Source of the DNA: Octopus sinensis | Lineage: Eukaryota | Assembly: GCF_006345805.1 (NCBI RefSeq) | Contig: NW_021826039.1 | Coordinates: 1-13,559 of the forward strand | DNA length: 13,559 bases | Reading direction: 5' to 3' | Shown here: positions 8,588-13,559 of the stretch, piece by piece | Position numbering within the stretch: position 1 is the stretch's first letter | Layout of the letters: every line of letters begins with the position of its first letter | Notes under the pieces: generated by a model | Databases searched by the model: none | Seen by the model: only the letters and a program-made list of their open reading frames with translations | Told to the model about the DNA's origin: nothing | Program-made: the position numbers and the translations under genes

Positions 8588-8792
8588 TGAAATAAAACGA
8601 TTTTGTTCAATCTGCGTTCAGCTCCATTTCTTCAATTCACCAATAATGTTTAATTTCAATTATCCGCACCAACGCACGGTTGCAACGCCAGATGGTTGTA
8701 CCTCCAACCGTGCTGTTTATGCTGTGATTTTTGCTACTAAGGTATCGGTTAAACTTTTGATTAATCTACTACAAGATTATTTCATCTTTTCG

Positions 8793-8796
<4 letters not shown>

Positions 8797-8843
<47 letters not shown>
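8797..8843. repeat. (TA)n microsatellite
   Basis: Pure TA run. Confidence 0.97.
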
Positions 8844-8846
<3 letters not shown>

Positions 8847-8956
8847 TACAGGTACTGCAAATTTAGGGTGAATACTTGATAAGTGTAAGCACCTGTATAC
8901 GCCAGATAGTGTATAATAGAAGAGAGCTTTAAACCAACTTTTATATCTATTATACA

Positions 8957-8999
8957 CTGATGTAAGAACAGGTCGTTTACATAGCTTGAAACACGTGTA
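8957..8999 (+). ncRNA. Degenerate hammerhead-like motif (H4)
   Basis: CUGAUGU (A9 to U) AAG...CUU GAAA C ACGU GUA, with palindromic ACACGUGU. No stem I partner, so probably inactive. Confidence 0.45.
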
Positions 9000-9039
9000 C
9001 CGCGATATCCTTTGTGTTCTATTTTGATTTTATTTGATA

Positions 9040-9089
9040 ATATATAATATACATATAAATATCTATATCTATACCTATATATATATATA

Positions 9090-9162
<73 letters not shown>

Positions 9163-9200
9163 ATATATACAAACACACATAGAGAGAGAGACAGAAGTTA
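9040..9200. repeat. (TA)n / (GA)n low-complexity tract
   Basis: Direct inspection. Confidence 0.92.
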
Positions 9201-9289
9201 GAGAGATAGATGAGAAATAAATAAGTATATTGAAAGACAGATTGATAAATAGGTATACCCATGCGTGTGTCTTGCTTTTACGTATATCC

Positions 9290-9480
9290 CCTGCCACCAA
9301 TACTTGGCGACTGTTGTTAATTTGTTTACGTCCCCGTAACATAGGGCTTCAGCAAACGAAGCTGATACAGTAAGCGCCAGACTTAACAAAACAAGTACCG
9401 GTGATTTATTCGATAAAAGCCTTCATGGAGGTGCTCCAACATGGCCCTAGTCCAGTCACTGAAACAATTTAAGAGATAAA
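9290..9480 (+). mobile_element. Diverged SINE family A 3' part
   Basis: TTTGTTTACGTCCCCGTAAC...GGTGCTCCAACATGGCC...ACTGAAACAA aligns with the tail at 330-520. Confidence 0.8.
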
Positions 9481-9787
9481 ATAGACGGAAAGCTAAAAAG
9501 AAATAGAAATAGTTGTTCTAAGAGTTAAGATATTACCGTTGAAGAGTTGTCAATCGTTCCAAGAAACCATGATTGATTGGAATATATATTGAATATCAAA
9601 AGAGAATTAAAAGTATTTGGAATGAAACAAAAACGGTAAATATAAAATGGCGTTCGTATTTCACCCACGCATTCAGTTACCCTCCAATATTATTATTGCC
9701 CTTCATAGATCCATCATATTTGGTTCGTTTCTCTCTAACACTCTCTCTTTCAACCGCCCAATTTTTCCGTCGTAGCAGCACATAACG

Positions 9788-9847
9788 GTATATATATATA
9801 TATGTGTGTGTGTGTGGTGTGTACATATATATGCATAAATATATGTA

Positions 9848-9915
<68 letters not shown>

Positions 9916-10147
9916 TATATATATAGTATGTTATATATATATGTATTATATATGTAATATATATATATAATATATTATATATATATATATTACATGCATA
10001 TGTACAGACGTAAATACACACACACGTACACGCATACACACACACACACACGCGCACACACACATATATATATATATTCAAATATGAAACAGAAGTAGCA
10101 CTAGTGTATTAAACATTATCGACCACGCATCGCCCACACTATTGACC

Positions 10148-10233
<86 letters not shown>

Positions 10234-10236
10234 ATA
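9788..10236. repeat. Two compound (TA)n/(TG)n/(CA)n microsatellite blocks
   Basis: Blocks at ~9788-10078 and ~10148-10236. Confidence 0.93.
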
Positions 10237-10389
10237 CAGACGCGGTTACACGCTCGTACATGCACAGAGGGAAGCTCATGTTTACAAACGAAAACGAAAG
10301 GAAAGCCCACTTAATATACAGAGCAGAGTTTTATATTAATTGGGGAAAACAGTCGGCGATTCATTTCAATCTTACGGGAAATTTCATAG

Positions 10390-10475
10390 ACACACACACA
10401 CACACACACACACAACACACACACGCACACACAAACACTCACATTCATACATATACGCTCTCACATATACACACA
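10390..10475. repeat. (CA)n microsatellite, degenerate
   Basis: Direct inspection. Confidence 0.9.
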
Positions 10476-10835
10476 TATGCAAGTAAAGCGAATAATAGAA
10501 AATCAGCGAGAGGCATGTGAGAGTAATGGCCGCTGTGTCGTCTGCCACCCACCCTCGTGTCATTCTTTCGATGTCTACAGTTTTTCCGCCATTCGATCGC
10601 TCACTTCGTTCTTTTCGTTTCTATAGCGGAAATTAAGCCGCGGTATGTAGCCTTACAAATTCATTTTAATTGCAACAAGACTCTTGCTTGCTGGGTGGGT
10701 TGATGCAATTATTTATCAATGGAACGGATATCCAAATATCAATTGAATTGATATCTGATGTATATCGTATGAAGAGAAATTGATGGATATGTAAATGTAT
10801 AGACAGATATATTAATAGATTGACAGACAGATATA

Positions 10836-11096
10836 TAGATAGGCAGAGAGATAGACAGAGAGACGTAGATAGGCAGAGAGATAGACCGACAGACAGACAT
10901 AGATAGGCAAAGAGATAGACAGATAAATAGATAGGCAGAGAGATAGACAGACAGACATAGATAGGCAGAGAGATAGAGAGACAGACATATAGATAGGCAG
11001 AGAGATAGACAGACAGACATAGATAGGTAGAGAGATAGACAGACAGACACATAAAAAGGCAGAGAGATAGATGGGTAGATAGATAGACAGACAGTC

Positions 11097-11180
<84 letters not shown>

Positions 11181-11195
11181 TGATAGATAGACAGG
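10836..11195 (+). repeat. ~30-bp GATA/GACA-derived minisatellite followed by (GATA)n
   Basis: About 8 units of AGATAGGCAGAGAGATAGACAGACAGACAT (10836-11070), then a near-pure AGAT run at 11097-11190. Confidence 0.93.
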
Positions 11196-11272
11196 TTTGT
11201 GTGCTAGAGATTATCGAAAAATGCAAATAGGGAGATTCACATACATATTTATTCTTAAATATATACATACAT

Positions 11273-11321
11273 ATCTATCTTTCTGTCTGTCTGTCTGTGT
11301 ATGTCTATCTATCAATCAATC

Positions 11322-11373
<52 letters not shown>

Positions 11374-11495
11374 CTATCTATCTATCTATCTATCTAACTA
11401 TCTATCTATACATACATTTATACATGTATATTAATATATATATATAATATATATATATATATATAATATATATATTATATATATATATATATTAC
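11273..11495. repeat. (TCTG)n/(TCTA)n then (TA)n microsatellite
   Basis: Direct inspection. Confidence 0.93.
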
Positions 11496-11633
11496 ACTAT
11501 GACGGTAGATAGATAGTTAGGGAGAGAGAGATTGATTGATTGATGATTAGATGGCATATAAGAATATGGACAGAGAGACAGACATACGCACAGACAGATG
11601 TACTGACTAACGGACAGTCAAATAGATAGACGG

Positions 11634-11665
<32 letters not shown>

Positions 11666-11842
11666 AAGGAAATGAAGAAAATGCTGACAAAATAATTTAA
11701 GTAAGTAGGAGAGGAGTGTGTTTAATTAGGTGAAAGTTCTTTTACCGGTTGCGCATTTCTTATGCTTATCAAAAGATATTTTTTTAAGAGAGATAGAGTT
11801 CCTTTCTGATAGATTTTTTTCTCTTATATATATATATATATA

Positions 11843-12212
11843 TTAAATTAGAGATAAAACCACTATTGGGCAAATCATACAATGAAAAACTTAAGCCAAT
11901 ACATAAGATTAATTAATTTATATTATTTAAATATATATCAAAATTATTAAAAAAGATAATTAATATAACACTACGATCGTTTCATGGCTGTTCAATTCTT
12001 AAAATTTCCGAGTTACAGTCATTCTTCAGGTGGTTTAAATATCTAAAATATAATTAATATTTTTAAGATATAAATAATATATATAATATAATAATTTTAC
12101 TTATAATAAACTCTATTATCAAATATGATTATATCCAATAATGTTAAATATTAATTTTATCCTAAATCTGATTTTTCCCTGTAAGTTTGGATTTATTCCC
12201 AAATATTTTATC
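11843..12212 (-). mobile_element. (TA)n-bounded 370-bp hammerhead-bearing module (putative non-autonomous PLE/retrozyme)
   Basis: Bounded by TA runs at 11825-11842 and from 12213; contains H2; AT-rich with no recognisable ORF. Confidence 0.55.
11969..12032 (-). ncRNA. Type I hammerhead ribozyme (H2)
   Basis: Minus strand: CAC CUGAAGA AUGACUGU-[23 nt]-ACAGCCAU GAAA C GAUC G UA / GUG. Stem I 3 bp, stem II 7 of 8 pairs, palindromic ACGAUCGU, GUA triplet at 11974-11972. Confidence 0.8.
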
Positions 12213-12298
<86 letters not shown>

Positions 12299-12331
12299 AT
12301 ATATATATATATATAGATAGATAGACAGATG

Positions 12332-12382
<51 letters not shown>

Positions 12383-12393
12383 GGATATGATAA

Positions 12394-12479
<86 letters not shown>

Positions 12480-12495
12480 TGATTGATGGATAGAT
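12213..12495. repeat. Compound (TA)n-(TG)n-(TA)n-(GATA)n microsatellite
   Basis: Direct inspection. Confidence 0.96.
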
Positions 12496-12754
12496 ATACT
12501 TTTTTGTGCAACTGGTATTATTCACCTACACAACATATACGGCCACTAAGTAATTACTTCGTTTCCATCCGTTTGTTTGCTTGATTAAATAGTCGGATTG
12601 AGTGTTGCTCTGATCTGATATCTCGGAAACTAATGAAGGTATCAAGTCTTCATTCAAATAATTACGTTTTCCTTTTCTTCATTATACACCCCCGCAGTCA
12701 ATGGAACGGGGCAGTAACTTTAAAAGGATAATCTAATATCCTTTTATAACTGTA

Positions 12755-13120
12755 CTAGCAGCATAGCCCGGCGTTGCCCGGGTATGTAAGAGACCCTAGT
12801 AGGCAACGACTAATCCCAATCTAGTCCTTTCCCTCTAGGGAACGAAGGTTCATGTGTAGGTTGCAATGTCTTCTATTCACTCGAATACTTCTGTGTATAC
12901 GATGTTCCTAGCTGTCCCTTTGGGCGATAAAAAGGTCGAATTGTGTCCCCTAGACAGAAAATGTGTTGCATATAAAAAGCTTAGATTCTCGACCCCATGT
13001 CGAATTTTATCGATTTTTTCAGTACTGGGGGAACTTTGAAAGCCGTGGTCAGGGTGAGGGTACAACCCTGACAGACACACAGACACAGGACAGACAAACT
13101 GCCGTTTATATAGAGAGAGA
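12755..13120 (-). mobile_element. Non-autonomous Helitron (366 bp)
   Basis: Minus strand: A^TCTCTCTCTATATAAACGGC start at 13120; hairpin CCCGGGCAACGCCGGG at 12782-12767; 8-nt spacer; CTAG 12758-12755, then T. Confidence 0.85.
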
Positions 13121-13235
13121 TATCAAGCGGCGCCTAAGCGTAGCCACGCTCTATTTTACCTTGCCCACGGATAAACCTTACTGCTTTCCCTTTACACCAT
13201 ATCATAACACTGTGATACACGATCCCTATTGATCG

Positions 13236-13385
13236 TTTTTTTTTCCTCTTCCCTTTTTTCCCCCTATTTTTCTTCTTTTTTTCATTTCTCTTTTCTTTTG
13301 TTCCTTTCCTTTGCTTCCTTTTTTTTTAATTTTTAATTTTTTTTTTCTATTTTTTTTATTTTTTTGTTCTTTTTTTTTCCCTTCT
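13236..13385 (-). repeat. Degenerate poly(T) tract (A-rich on minus) between direct repeats
   Basis: ACGATCCCTATTGATCG at 13219-13235 and ACGATCCCTTTGATCG at 13386-13401. Confidence 0.7.
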
Positions 13386-13462
13386 ACGATCCCTTTGATC
13401 GAAAACCTACGCCACCTTTTTTTTGTTTTTTTTCCCCCCCAAAAGAAAAAGCTCTACCTGTG

Positions 13463-13503
13463 TAACTTGTCCATCTGTGTGCAGCCTGTGGCCAATAAAG
13501 AAA
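13463..13503 (+). mobile_element. Diverged SINE family C tail fragment
   Basis: TTGTCCATCTGTGTGCAGCCTGTGGCCAATAAAGAAA resembles 4677-4717. Confidence 0.5.
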
Positions 13504-13512
13504 CTTATTTTG

Positions 13513-13559
13513 ATCCTTTTCTTGCTTCAGTTACTGGACTTTGGCCAAGTTAGGGCACT
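13513..13559 (-). mobile_element. Diverged SINE family A tail, running off the right edge
   Basis: CTTGCTTCAGTTACTGGACTTTGGCCAAGTTAGGGCAC aligns with 4318-4355. Confidence 0.7.

Noticed and set aside
8674-8713. 9-bp inverted repeat GCACGGTTG/CAACCGTGC
   Set aside because: An isolated hairpin with no family motif; kept only as a possible part of the H3 module.
12600-12720. Possible DNA-transposon internal fragment (ATATCTCGGAAACTAATGAAG)
   Set aside because: Only a vague resemblance; no termini found.
13510-13530. Splice-acceptor-like TTTTCTTGCTTCAG
   Set aside because: Explained as the reverse-strand tail of SINE family A.

Overview
Repeat-dense, AT-rich eukaryotic non-coding DNA, most likely octopus/cephalopod; this is inferred from the recalled look of the tRNA-derived SINE families and the microsatellite load. 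I find no host gene: the supplied ORFs are translated microsatellites, SINEs or short chance frames. The window holds three tRNA-SINE families (here A, B, C; some nested, with target-site duplications), two non-autonomous Helitrons (621-1128 +, 12755-13120 -), a decayed Helitron Rep fragment (1-158 -), two copies of a Tc2-like transposon end, a 4 x 101-bp array of fused SINE tail/head, and many microsatellites. The most notable signal is a cluster of sequence-unrelated minimal type I hammerhead ribozyme motifs of the Penelope-like-element/retrozyme kind. One is complete (5368-5450 -), two are near-complete (8508-8587 +, 11969-12032 -) and four are partial or decayed. Most sit in short modules bounded by (TA)n tracts, and they carry different self-complementary stem III sequences. 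A candidate HDV-like ribozyme fold lies at 2062-2300. No searches or folding programs were run; all pairings were derived by hand.
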